64,000 nucleotides of DNA from Escherichia phage vB_EcoM_RZ. Shown here piece after piece: positions 39,184-49,877 of the stretch. Position numbers and translations under genes: made by a program. Under the pieces are notes generated by a model. It made no database searches, was not told the origin of the DNA, and saw only the letters and a program-made list of their open reading frames with translations. Where the stretch lies: the sequence record MW598459. One strand, given 5' to 3'. The first letter of the stretch is position 1; each line of letters opens with the position of its first letter.

Positions 39184-39677
39184 AACTTGATGATTACCTC
39201 AACAATATCATCCTGGGATAAACCATTCAGGAGGATGTGATTTGTACTGTCAGATGCTGAAATGCGGAACTGATTACCAACTTCATCCGCCATATCATCC
39301 TGGGTTAACACTGGGTGTTTAATTCCCAGGCGGTGTTGAAGTGTCAGGGGTTCAACCACAACATAACAAACACATCCATTGATATGCACATTAGGTTGGG
39401 TCTGATTGATGAACACTTCTGCATCATATTTAACCAAATGGTTCTTTAAGAAGTCAACCATTTCAGGAACAGATTCATGCAGTGCTTCTTTCCGCTCTTC
39501 TGATTTTTTATCGCGATATTCTTTTTGTTTCGCCTTCAACTTTTTGTTAGAGGCGAGTTTTTTCCGCAGGTCAGTCATAAGACCAATTTTCTTGGTCCCT
39601 TTATAGACATAAATTCCGTCATGACGGTCACCATATTCATTGACAATCATTTCATTTGAAATCAGTTGCATATCCAT
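39174..39677 (-). CDS. alc: Putative Alc (inhibitor of host transcription on cytosine-containing DNA)
   Basis: 167 aa from the ATG at 39677 (GAGGA ribosome-binding site), same length as T4 Alc; position between pseT.3 and gene 63 as in T4; assignment by size and synteny. Confidence 0.6.
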   Translation of the reverse strand: MDMQLISNEMIVNEYGDRHDGIYVYKGTKKIGLMTDLRKKLASNKKLKAKQKEYRDKKSEERKEALHESVPEMVDFLKNHLVKYDAEVFINQTQPNVHINGCVCYVVVEPLTLQHRLGIKHPVLTQDDMADEVGNQFRISASDSTNHILLNGLSQDDIVEVIIKLCK

Positions 39678-39924
39678 AATATTTTCCTCATTAGTAGCGG
39701 TTATAACCCCGGGGACCAAAAGAGTTGGCACCCAGGCGCTCATCTTTCTTTTTGGCTCTTGCTCTAAACCCGGAATCACCTGTTTGAGCTTTCAGTTCTT
39801 TTAACAATTTGGCCTTTAGGTCAGTAATGAAACCAATCCGGCGGTCTCCCTTATAGACATAGATTCCATCATTTCTGTCACCATATGCCTTTGTAACTCT
39901 GTCATTTGTAATTAAGTTTAACAT
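39569..39924. repeat. Direct repeat (~105 bp, period 250 bp) duplicating the alc 5' coding region
   Basis: Copy 1 at 39569-39677 and copy 2 at 39819-39924 share blocks such as GGTCAGT.AT.A.ACCAAT and CCTTATAGACATA.ATTCC.TCAT...GTCACCATAT; the encoded peptides share ...YGDR.DGIYVYKG...IG..TDL.AKL.K.LKA. Confidence 0.6.
39691..39924 (-). CDS. Hypothetical protein (77 aa) paralogous to the Alc N-terminus
   Basis: Start at the ATG at 39924 downstream of an early promoter; MLNLITNDRVTKAYGDRNDGIYVYKGDRRIGFITDLKAKLLKELKAQ aligns with Alc residues 1-50. Confidence 0.5.
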   Translation of the reverse strand: MLNLITNDRVTKAYGDRNDGIYVYKGDRRIGFITDLKAKLLKELKAQTGDSGFRARAKKKDERLGANSFGPRGYNRY

Positions 39925-39955
39925 GTTTTGGTCCTCATCAGTAGTTGATGGAACC

Positions 39956-39985
39956 ATTATGTATAGAAAGAAGGGGCTTGTACAC
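39956..39985 (-). promoter_or_regulatory. Early-type promoter (GTGTACA, 17 nt spacer, CATAAT) with the -35 in a hairpin loop
   Basis: Minus strand reads aaggGGTGTACAAGcccctt...CATAAT; AAGGGG / CCCCTT stem at 39971-39990; conserved GGTTCCATCAACTACTGATGAGGA leader follows. Confidence 0.5.
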
Positions 39986-39994
39986 CCCTTTTTA

Positions 39995-41131
39995 TTATTC
40001 AGGAAGGATTACTTCCGCCTGGTAGTCTAACGGAATGTAAAGTTTATGATTTTTAAGGAAAACTTTATTGATTTGAGCAATCGTTTGTTCAGTTTCCTGT
40101 GGGCGTTGATAGGTGTTCATTAATACGGAGAACAATCCCGGATATGGTTTACATAACTCTTGACCTTTAATCGCAAACTCGCGACGGTCTTTTCCTGCTA
40201 ACTGTTTTTGTGCATCAAGCAACAGTCCAAGAGTGTTGGACAGATAATCCAGATGTGTTGCAGTAAAGGCAGTAACTTTTTCACGAGCATAAGTATCGCC
40301 AGTAAACATGGCAATAACATCATCCGCGCCGCCAGCAACAACAACTTCAAACAGTCGCTCATTATTATTAATGGAGTCTTTAGTATGATGCAGAGCACAA
40401 TACCATTCTGTTTTCATCTTGAACTTCTGACCGTTAGCCATCTCATAGACGAAGCCTTCAATCTCTTTCATACCGCGAACATTCTCAATGGTTGCCGGGT
40501 CATATGCTTCAACCAGGAAAGGACGAAGCGCTGCATCTTTGAACAGCTCCTGATAAGGAATATATTCACCAGTTTCATTATGACGAACGTTCAGTAAAAT
40601 CAGGTCACGTTCCTGGTAAGGCAAAACAATGCGGTTGGTCGGTGCAACATATTCCATGTTGCATGTATAACCAGCTTCAGTGATTTCAGTCACACGAGCC
40701 CTGAATGCACTGCGATGTTCTTGTTTAAACACCTGCAAGGATTCAGCTGCTTGGGAGCTTTTGATTGACCCTTTGGATTTAAAGGCGATATTGGTCTGGT
40801 CCATATAAGTGGAAACCAAACTACCATCAGCTTTTGCAGTAACCAGGACAACTTCATCAAGGTTAAGGTCCATGGTCATTGGATTCTCACCCAGATTAAA
40901 GAATTTTTCCATAGGACGAGCAGCAATGCGAACTGGACCATTGTCATCCATTTCAAACATAATGCCACGGCACTCCAGCGCATCATCAAGAAGCCAATCA
41001 CTATAGGAAGCATAGTTATAGCTAAAGATGCGGAACTTAGTTTCAAATGGAGAAACAAAATCCGTATAGAAAAACTTACCTTTATCGGATTCGGCACAAA
41101 GCTTCATTAAGTTATCATATAATTCAATCAT
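39995..41131 (-). CDS. rnlA: RNA ligase 1 (RnlA, gene 63)
   Basis: 378 aa (T4 Rnl1 is 374 aa); strong match (YRIFSYNYASYSDWLL.DALECRGIMFEMD...VRIA.RPMEKFFNL.ENP.TM...DGSLVSTY). Confidence 0.92.
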   Translation of the reverse strand: MIELYDNLMKLCAESDKGKFFYTDFVSPFETKFRIFSYNYASYSDWLLDDALECRGIMFEMDDNGPVRIAARPMEKFFNLGENPMTMDLNLDEVVLVTAKADGSLVSTYMDQTNIAFKSKGSIKSSQAAESLQVFKQEHRSAFRARVTEITEAGYTCNMEYVAPTNRIVLPYQERDLILLNVRHNETGEYIPYQELFKDAALRPFLVEAYDPATIENVRGMKEIEGFVYEMANGQKFKMKTEWYCALHHTKDSINNNERLFEVVVAGGADDVIAMFTGDTYAREKVTAFTATHLDYLSNTLGLLLDAQKQLAGKDRREFAIKGQELCKPYPGLFSVLMNTYQRPQETEQTIAQINKVFLKNHKLYIPLDYQAEVILPE

Positions 41132-41544
41132 TTCTTCACCTTATGTTGGTAATTCCACGGGGGATTAAAAAGCTTGATGAACATCGGCTCTTCCAGAGAC
41201 ATCGTTTCGACTGACATTGTGCCAAGTTCATTGGTCATTGACAGATTGAAACATTGTCGTGCATAGAATACCACCTTTTTGCCTTCTTGTAAAGCTTCAT
41301 GTATCATCCGGGATTTGTTTGAATCACTCGTCTGTTCGATTCGGTTAATTGCAGTCCGGTAATAGTTGATACGCTTCTTAAGGTTGTTCGTCTTACCAAT
41401 ATACACTAGTTCATCATCAACTGAAATAGCATAGATAACATTTTTCTTGTTTGCGAGAGTAAGGATAGGGATTTTATCATCGACTAACTCTAACTCCGCG
41501 TATTTTATAAAACTGTATTCGTCAGCGATTTGTTTCATAGACAA
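41128..41544 (-). CDS. denA: Endonuclease II (DenA), GIY-YIG family
   Basis: 138 aa (T4 EndoII is 136 aa); near-identical (EYSFIKY.ELEL...NVIYAI...DELVYIGKT.NL.KRINYYRTAINR...FYARQCFNLSMTNELGTM...FIKLFNPPWN.QHK). Confidence 0.9.
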   Translation of the reverse strand: MSMKQIADEYSFIKYAELELVDDKIPILTLANKKNVIYAISVDDELVYIGKTNNLKKRINYYRTAINRIEQTSDSNKSRMIHEALQEGKKVVFYARQCFNLSMTNELGTMSVETMSLEEPMFIKLFNPPWNYQHKVKK

Positions 41545-41566
41545 AAAGGGCCGAAGCCCTTTCCTT
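41541..41566 (-). terminator. Intrinsic terminator (GGGC-CGAA-GCCC plus T-run) after nrdB
   Basis: GC stem with tetraloop followed on the minus strand by TTTTTGT. Confidence 0.6.
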
Positions 41567-42743
41567 ATAGATATTTACGGAAACCAGCAAGAACGTTCTC
41601 ATCGACGTCATTGTCAATCTGGGCTACCAGGTAAGCAGACAACTCAACTTCTTGTGGTGCTGATTGCACATTATCAGAGTTAAGATATTCGCGAATCCAT
41701 GGAATCGGGTGCTTAGTAGATTCTAACACGATTTCACACGGGAGACCGCATTGCTTCATACGAGAAACCGTCAGGTAATCGATGAACCGGTTAAGAATCT
41801 CGACGCTCAGCCCAGGGAGTCCACCATCTTTAAACAGATGCACGGCCCATTCTTTTTCCTGGCGATTAACTTCCATGAAAATGGCTGCGGCTTCTGCTTC
41901 ACATTCGTGAGCGATTTTAACCCATTCGTCACCGTCAACACCAGTCTGCAGCTGACGAAGAATATATTGGGTCCCCTTAAGGTGGAGCTGTTCATCACGG
42001 GCGATGAACTTCATTATCTTCGCATTGCCTTCCATGATTTCCATGTTCTTATGGAAGTTGAAAGTGCAAGCAAAAGATACATAAAAACGAATAGCTTCCA
42101 GGGCATTAATGACATGCAGACAGAGATAAAGAGACTTCATCAATGCTCGTTTGGCGATAGCTTCTTGTTTGATAGCTCGTTCCAAACGTTCGTCCGCTTC
42201 GGGAGTTTCTTTGGCCAGTTCAACAAAAGCAATCTGGTTTTGCCATTGACGAGTTTTATTCAGAACATCATCATAGTAATGGCCAATGGATTCTGCACGC
42301 TTCATGATTGCATCATCTAACAGGATTTCGTCGAATACCTTCGCCGGGTCCGTATAGAGATTTCGCATGATGTGCGTATAAGAACGAGAGTGAATTGTCT
42401 CGCTGAATGTCCAGGTCTGAATCCATGTATCAAGACTTGGGTCAGAAACTAATGCGGCTAATGCTGCAGCTGGAGCACGACCCTGGATACTATCCAGAAG
42501 TGATTGGTATTTCAGGTTGTTGGTAAAAATATTTTGTTGATGTTCAGGAAGCTTATTAAATTGAGCTCCGTCCATCATCAGGTTTACTTCCTCTGGACGC
42601 CAGAAGAATGATAATTGCTTTTCTGTTAATTCTTCGAAAACTTTATGACGCTGGATATCATAACGGGCAATCCCCAATCCTGAACCGAAGAACATTGGCT
42701 CGGCTAAAACATCCACCGGAGTGGTATTAAAAACTGTACTCAT
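41565..42743 (-). CDS. nrdB: Ribonucleotide reductase beta (small) subunit NrdB, intron-less
   Basis: 392 aa continuous ORF (T4 NrdB is 388 aa after splicing); di-iron class Ia features; T4 nrdB carries a group I intron, absent here. Confidence 0.93.
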   Translation of the reverse strand: MSTVFNTTPVDVLAEPMFFGSGLGIARYDIQRHKVFEELTEKQLSFFWRPEEVNLMMDGAQFNKLPEHQQNIFTNNLKYQSLLDSIQGRAPAAALAALVSDPSLDTWIQTWTFSETIHSRSYTHIMRNLYTDPAKVFDEILLDDAIMKRAESIGHYYDDVLNKTRQWQNQIAFVELAKETPEADERLERAIKQEAIAKRALMKSLYLCLHVINALEAIRFYVSFACTFNFHKNMEIMEGNAKIMKFIARDEQLHLKGTQYILRQLQTGVDGDEWVKIAHECEAEAAAIFMEVNRQEKEWAVHLFKDGGLPGLSVEILNRFIDYLTVSRMKQCGLPCEIVLESTKHPIPWIREYLNSDNVQSAPQEVELSAYLVAQIDNDVDENVLAGFRKYL

Positions 42744-43468
42744 TTATTAACCTTTATCCTTCCTCTGACCCATCCATCGGGGATAATTTCAGAGGATTCA
42801 ATTAATTTATTTGTAAACCCGTCATTAATACAGATTTTACCACGGGCACCTTTATATTGTCGTGGAGTTATTTTATCAAATGTGGGTTGAAGCGAATATG
42901 ACCATCTAAATCCATAGGCATATTGAAATTTTCCACTCGCACAATACTTGATGTTTGATGCGTTTCCATTTACGGACCGAGCTGCTTCTTGCAATGACCT
43001 AAATTTTTCAACAAATTCACCATCAAGAGTAAATTGATAAATTTCTGTAGATGGAACAGCTAACTTATTCTTTTCACTTACAATTTGCTTAGATTCTTCA
43101 CTGTGATGCTTACCCAACATACCACGGGGATGTGGGTTATTTTTCCAGTGTTCCTTAAAGAATTCAGAATTTGCTTTGGCAAATAGCTTTCGATGGAAAC
43201 TATACAAGTTATTATTAATACGATTTCCAGCTTTATCCGTTGCCATTAAAGTTAGGGCCGAGACCAATCCAAAATGACCGGGATTTATTTTGCATAAAAG
43301 CAAATGAGCAATAAAATGTTCTCGAGCTGTTAACTCGACAAGGTTTGTTCTTTCATCAGTACCGCCCATACATCTTGGGATAATATGATGAATCTCTTTA
43401 TATTCGGTTAAAGGTTCCCGGGTTTTACCCCGGGATATTAAATTATTATAAATGTTTTGATAATTCAT
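42740..43468 (-). CDS. mobE: Free-standing HNH homing endonuclease between nrdA and nrdB (MobE-like)
   Basis: 242 aa; HNH motif EIHHIIPRCMGGTDERTNLVELTAREHFIAH; same intergenic position as T4 mobE; TAATG overlap with nrdA and ATGA overlap with nrdB. Confidence 0.8.
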   Translation of the reverse strand: MNYQNIYNNLISRGKTREPLTEYKEIHHIIPRCMGGTDERTNLVELTAREHFIAHLLLCKINPGHFGLVSALTLMATDKAGNRINNNLYSFHRKLFAKANSEFFKEHWKNNPHPRGMLGKHHSEESKQIVSEKNKLAVPSTEIYQFTLDGEFVEKFRSLQEAARSVNGNASNIKYCASGKFQYAYGFRWSYSLQPTFDKITPRQYKGARGKICINDGFTNKLIESSEIIPDGWVRGRIKVNK

Positions 43469-45723
43469 TACAGTTTACATGCCGAGCAATCATCAGCTTT
43501 TGGCATTTCCAATTCATAATCGTCAGTTCCCGAGCCATCACGAGTATTGTGATAGTAAAAATTCTTGATTCCGTAGTACCAACCATACATCAAGTCGTCA
43601 AGCATAACTGACATCGGAACTTTTCCTTTCGGATAATTCTGCGGGTCATAATATGTGTTTGCTGATGCTGACTGACAAATCCATTTCAACATAATCGCAA
43701 CTTGGGTCAGATAAGGTTTGTTACCTTGCTTAGCTAACACCCATGCGTAATCGTACAATCCTTTATTGTGCTCAATATTGGGCACGACTTGATTAAAGGA
43801 ACCCTCTTTTGACTCTTTAATAGAGACTGGTCCACGCGGAGGTTCGATACCGTTTGTACTGTTAGAAACTTGGGAAGATGACTCACAAGGCATAAGTGCT
43901 GATAATGTGCTATTACGGATGCCATGTTCAACCAGGTCTTCCCGCAACTGCGCCCAGTCACAAACGTAGTTTGGAGCTGCGATTTGGTCAATCTTTTTAT
44001 TGTACCAGTCGATAGGTAATTCGCCTCGAGCCCAACGAGTGTCTGAATAATATTCGCAAGGTCCTTTTTCTTTGGCGAGCTTGATTGATGCTCGGATAAG
44101 GCCATATTGTAATCTCTCGAACAGTTCATGTGTTAAATCGTTTGCATCAGCATAGGAAGCGAAATTGCTTGCCAACCATGCAGCATAGTTAGTAACCCCA
44201 ACACCCAGGTTGCGCCGTTTTTTGGCTTTCAGAGCTTCTTTAACCGGATAACCCTGGTAGTCCAACAGATTATCAAGAGCACGAACTTGTACTTCGGCCA
44301 GCTCGTTAATTTTATCTTGGTCCTGCCAGTCAAAACTATCCAGAACAAATGCAGACAATGTGCACAATCCGATTTCAGCATCTTCGCTGTTCACATCAGT
44401 AGTCGGGATTGCAATTTCGCAGCAAAGGTTTGATTGACGAATCGGAGCCTTATCACGGATGAACGGAGTGTAGTCATTCACGTTATCGACGAACTGCGGA
44501 TAAACCCTGGCTGTACCGGAACGTTCGGTCATGAATAATTCAAATACATCTTTTGCTTTGATGCGTTTCTTACGAACCGTCGGGTCTTTTTCTAAAGCTT
44601 CATATAACTCGCGGAATTTATCTGGGTTATCAAAATATGAATAATACAATTCCCCGCCAGCTTCGTGTGGACTAAACAGGGTGATGTAATCATTCTTAGC
44701 CAGTCGTTCCATCATCAGGTTATTCAGCTGGACACCATAGTCCATATGTCTGATGCGGTTTTCTTCAACGCCCTTGTTGTTCTTCAGAACGAGTAAATTT
44801 TCAACTTCCAAATGCCAAATAGGATAATAAGCAGTAGCAGCGCCGCCACGGATTCCACCTTGTGAACATGATTTAACAGCTGTTTGGAAATGTTTCCAGA
44901 ACGGAATAACACCAGTATGCTTGACTTCGCCCATACCGATTTTAGAACCTTCAGCACGAATCATGCCAACGTTGATACCGATACCTGCACGCTTACTGAT
45001 ATATTCGATGATTGAATTAGCAGTTTTATTAATTGACTTCAGGGAGTCCGCCGCTTCGATAACCACACATGAACTGAACTGCCTGGTAGGTGTTCTGGCG
45101 CCCGCCATGATAGGTGTGGGCAACGAAACCTGTCGGGTGGATACTGCATCATAAAAACGGCAAACGTGCTTCAGACGGTCCGTTGGTTCATCCTGGTGCA
45201 GTGCCATGCCAATGGCCATGATAGCGAACTGTGGAGTCTCATAGATTTTCCCAGTGGTTTTATCTTTAACCAGGTATTTCTCTTTAAGCTGCATTGCGCC
45301 TGCATAAGTCAGGTCAAAATCGCGTTCGTGCTTAATACGAGATTCCAGGTAAGTAATCTCTTCAGCGGAATAGCTTGACAACAGCTCCGGGTCATATTTA
45401 CCTTCATTAACACAATAAGAAATCTGGTCAATAAAAGAACGTGGCTCAAATTGTCCATAAACATCTTTACGCAGAGCAAACATCGTAGCCTTCGCTGCAA
45501 CGTATTGGTAATCTGGTTCTTCAACCGAGATAAGCCCAGCAGATACTTTGATGATAACCGTCTGAATATCGCGAGTAGTCATACCATCGCGCAGATGTGG
45601 TTTAATTGTTTCGTATAATTCGTATGGGTCGATATTAGTTCCTTCACATGACCAGGAAAGAACTTTAATAATTTTTTGGCCATCAAAATCTTGAGATACA
45701 CCACTACTTTTTTGTACTTGCAT
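43468..45723 (-). CDS. nrdA: Ribonucleotide reductase alpha (large) subunit NrdA
   Basis: 751 aa (T4 NrdA is 754 aa); N-terminal ATP-cone-like region and active-site cysteine context (NLCCEI). Confidence 0.95.
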   Translation of the reverse strand: MQVQKSSGVSQDFDGQKIIKVLSWSCEGTNIDPYELYETIKPHLRDGMTTRDIQTVIIKVSAGLISVEEPDYQYVAAKATMFALRKDVYGQFEPRSFIDQISYCVNEGKYDPELLSSYSAEEITYLESRIKHERDFDLTYAGAMQLKEKYLVKDKTTGKIYETPQFAIMAIGMALHQDEPTDRLKHVCRFYDAVSTRQVSLPTPIMAGARTPTRQFSSCVVIEAADSLKSINKTANSIIEYISKRAGIGINVGMIRAEGSKIGMGEVKHTGVIPFWKHFQTAVKSCSQGGIRGGAATAYYPIWHLEVENLLVLKNNKGVEENRIRHMDYGVQLNNLMMERLAKNDYITLFSPHEAGGELYYSYFDNPDKFRELYEALEKDPTVRKKRIKAKDVFELFMTERSGTARVYPQFVDNVNDYTPFIRDKAPIRQSNLCCEIAIPTTDVNSEDAEIGLCTLSAFVLDSFDWQDQDKINELAEVQVRALDNLLDYQGYPVKEALKAKKRRNLGVGVTNYAAWLASNFASYADANDLTHELFERLQYGLIRASIKLAKEKGPCEYYSDTRWARGELPIDWYNKKIDQIAAPNYVCDWAQLREDLVEHGIRNSTLSALMPCESSSQVSNSTNGIEPPRGPVSIKESKEGSFNQVVPNIEHNKGLYDYAWVLAKQGNKPYLTQVAIMLKWICQSASANTYYDPQNYPKGKVPMSVMLDDLMYGWYYGIKNFYYHNTRDGSGTDDYELEMPKADDCSACKL

Positions 45724-45756
45724 GTTTTCCTCTATAGTTCAAAAGGGTTGGGAACC

Positions 45757-46002
45757 TTAAATTGTCTCTGGTAGTTCCGAAGTCATTTCATCATTATATT
45801 CTTCTTCTGACTGGACAGTGATGTCAAAATATGACTGGACGTCACCGGCTGAATCATGACAGTAGACACGTTCATGTCTTTTGGCCAGAAATTTGATTCC
45901 GTCAATAGTGATATAAGAATTTGGGGCAGGTAAATCCTGTTCGGTAAATTGTGGCATTTCAAAAATGACTTCGCCTGACTGGCGTTTAAATCGTAAATTC
46001 AT
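45757..46002 (-). CDS. Hypothetical protein (81 aa)
   Basis: ORF in the td-nrdA interval. Confidence 0.5.
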   Translation of the reverse strand: MNLRFKRQSGEVIFEMPQFTEQDLPAPNSYITIDGIKFLAKRHERVYCHDSAGDVQSYFDITVQSEEEYNDEMTSELPETI

Positions 46003-46061
46003 AATTTCCTCTCATTAAATTTTAAATAATTATATCACGGTGTCCTGGAGCGGAATCGTAT

Positions 46062-46361
46062 TTATGTACCCAAATCCTCGAGCGAAAAGGTGTCTTTGAA
46101 AAGTTTGTTAACGACCAGAGCGATAATATCACCATGACATGACTTCGGTTTGCATGTGCAGGCTAATCGCATTCCGCGGAGAGTTTCAAGGTGTTCTCTT
46201 TTGATTTCACCCGATTTAATCTTTGCTATGAAATATTCTTTAAAGTTTTTTATGTTTTCTTCTCGGGTACCATCTTTATATGGGTTTCCCCACATGGTAC
46301 CCCGTTGAATATTCACATCAAAGTCGGATTGATATTTGTTAACAACCCGACAGGCTTTCAT
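46062..46361 (-). CDS. Hypothetical protein (99 aa), possibly DUF4326-like
   Basis: Motifs GNPYK...R and L.CTCKPKSCHGDII recalled as typical of a phage family found near nrd genes; recollection only, not searched. Confidence 0.45.
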   Translation of the reverse strand: MKACRVVNKYQSDFDVNIQRGTMWGNPYKDGTREENIKNFKEYFIAKIKSGEIKREHLETLRGMRLACTCKPKSCHGDIIALVVNKLFKDTFSLEDLGT

Positions 46362-46423
46362 AATAGGAAGTTAAGCCCGACCATTACGGCCAGAAATAAA
46401 ATACCGGCAATTTGAATTTTCAT
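46358..46423 (-). CDS. Candidate hydrophobic micro-protein (21 aa), translationally coupled on both sides
   Basis: Hand-translated MKIQIAGILFLAVMVGLNFLL; its ATG overlaps the upstream stop (TAATG) and its TGA overlaps the downstream ATG (ATGA). Confidence 0.35.
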   Translation of the reverse strand: MKIQIAGILFLAVMVGLNFLL

Positions 46424-46619
46424 TATACCTCGACAATAAACCAGATAGACCGATTGAAATCATCATATTCATACGATTTAATCACACGCATAACATAAAG
46501 TTCTTTGTTCTGGACAAAAATCGTTGTTTTCTCTTTAGGCAGTTCATCGAGACTTATGTTCATTTTTTCAAACAGCACCTCATTGGTGCCGTATCTATTG
46601 TTTACTATACGAATATTCA

Positions 46620-46620
<1 letters not shown>
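46423..46620 (-). CDS. Hypothetical protein (65 aa)
   Basis: ORF immediately downstream of td with 1 nt overlap. Confidence 0.45.
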
Positions 46621-48395
<1,775 letters not shown>

Positions 48396-48396
<1 letters not shown>

Positions 48397-48587
48397 TATA
48401 TTTTCCTCAAATATTTTTTAACCATATAATATTGAAATTCAAACATTTTGGAATCAATTACCCAAATCTGACGTTTAGGACACTCATTCAAACGCACCGC
48501 GGAACATCCAGAGGAAAGGAATGAATACTGTTCCTTTTCTGTTTCAGAAAGACATGTTCTTAAAAAGCGGAAAAATAAATCATGCAT
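48396..48587 (-). CDS. Hypothetical small protein (63 aa)
   Basis: Start taken at the ATG at 48587, overlapping the stop of the upstream 82 aa gene by 8 nt; the 139 aa ORF-track version would run out of frame across that gene. Confidence 0.35.
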
Positions 48588-48828
48588 TTTTATTTGCCTT
48601 AACGACTTTCCAGTCAGCTTTAAATTGGTCAACATCAGAGTGGTGAATCCAGAAACCAGATGAGCTACCATCTTCATAAAGAGGACAACCATCACACTCA
48701 TCTTTCCAACCCATTGCACACAAAGTTTCTTCAGCTTTTTCCAGAGCTTCTGGATTGTTACCCTGGATTGTGAAATACCATTTACCTTTAACTTCTGAAT
48801 CTTTGATGCTCTCACGTTGTAATTTCAT
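48580..48828 (-). CDS. Hypothetical protein (82 aa)
   Basis: Preceded by the shared early promoter-leader cassette with CTGGAGAATAAA-ATG; Cys-containing (CAMGW...ECDGC). Confidence 0.5.
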   Translation of the reverse strand: MKLQRESIKDSEVKGKWYFTIQGNNPEALEKAEETLCAMGWKDECDGCPLYEDGSSSGFWIHHSDVDQFKADWKVVKANKNA

Positions 48829-48867
48829 TTTATTCTCCAGTTTTGTTGTGTAACTCAGTATGGGACC

Positions 48868-48897
48868 ATTATGTCATAGCCCCATTTGGTTGTACAC
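48868..48897 (-). promoter_or_regulatory. Early-type promoter (GTGTACA, 17 nt spacer, CATAAT) with conserved leader
   Basis: Near-identical to the cassettes at 10074 and 31988 through the ribosome-binding site. Confidence 0.55.
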
Positions 48898-48903
48898 TAC
48901 TTT

Positions 48904-49170
48904 TTAAATTTTATCAAGCCATTTTCCAAGTTTAGTCATTTCCTTGGTGGCCTTTTCCATACTTCTGAACTTAATTAATAAAGGATGAACATCCATACCC
49001 ATCACCAGATTGGTTGCAAGACTGTGCTCACCAACAAGCCATAATGAGTATGTTTGAACATCCAGACCATAATTTCTGTCTTTATGAACTCGTACACCCA
49101 TTACTTCAAACTGTTCGCTTGCTTTTTCTACTGCATCCAGGAAATCATCTTTAGTCATGTTAGACCCCAA
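48904..49170 (-). CDS. Hypothetical protein (88 aa)
   Basis: ORF in the frd-32 interval. Confidence 0.5.
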   Translation of the reverse strand: MGSNMTKDDFLDAVEKASEQFEVMGVRVHKDRNYGLDVQTYSLWLVGEHSLATNLVMGMDVHPLLIKFRSMEKATKEMTKLGKWLDKI

Positions 49171-49528
49171 AAGTTGCTTTAATCAGTGCAATGACTTCTG
49201 CTGCATTTTTGTGATTGACTTGCACATGAATGGTTTGGGTATCAACATCAGGAGCATCACCATCAACTTCCAGGAAGTGACGGAATTCCCATTCACCAAG
49301 TTCAAAGTACTCATCAGAATCACCCATACTATTCAGGATGGTGCCATCTTTCATTTCAACTTTTTCAACAAAATAATCGCCATCAATAAAGCACATGTCC
49401 AGGACTTTGAAGGAACTACCATGTTGTTCCATCAACTTAATCATACGCGAATTGTCATCAGGACTACCAGCGATGAATTGTTTTTTGGCAGCAGGGTCTA
49501 ATACGTAAAATTTACCAGTTTCCATCAT
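49160..49528 (-). CDS. Hypothetical protein (122 aa), paralogue family member
   Basis: Shares GKFY...KKQFIAG and D(S/D)(D/E)YFEL(G/S)E(W/E)EF blocks with the genes at 49878-50240 and 35121-35663. Confidence 0.55.
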   Translation of the reverse strand: MMETGKFYVLDPAAKKQFIAGSPDDNSRMIKLMEQHGSSFKVLDMCFIDGDYFVEKVEMKDGTILNSMGDSDEYFELGEWEFRHFLEVDGDAPDVDTQTIHVQVNHKNAAEVIALIKATFGV

Positions 49529-49587
49529 TTTAATTTCCTCATATTCAATTGAGGGAACATATTATCATGTTCCAGTTGGTTTGTATA

Positions 49588-49815
49588 CTAAGCTTGAATC
49601 AAGCCCATATAAAATTCAGCATCTTCCGGGTGCATCCCTTCGCAATATTCATTTTGCATAAAGCGGGTAAGGTCTTTGAGAGGACCTTGAACTTCAATTT
49701 GAATACTAAAGAATTGGGTATCTTTAATGTAAGTCATACACAAAGAAGGATACCGATTACGAATAACTTCGTAAGTGTATTCAAAATCAACGATATCAAT
49801 ATTAACCTTGGCCAT
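49588..49815 (-). CDS. Hypothetical protein (75 aa)
   Basis: ORF preceded by a GAGGAAAATAAA-ATG leader. Confidence 0.5.
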   Translation of the reverse strand: MAKVNIDIVDFEYTYEVIRNRYPSLCMTYIKDTQFFSIQIEVQGPLKDLTRFMQNEYCEGMHPEDAEFYMGLIQA

Positions 49816-49877
49816 TTTATTTTCCTCATGTAGTTGATGGGTCTATAATAACATAATCATAGACCCGTTGTAAACTG

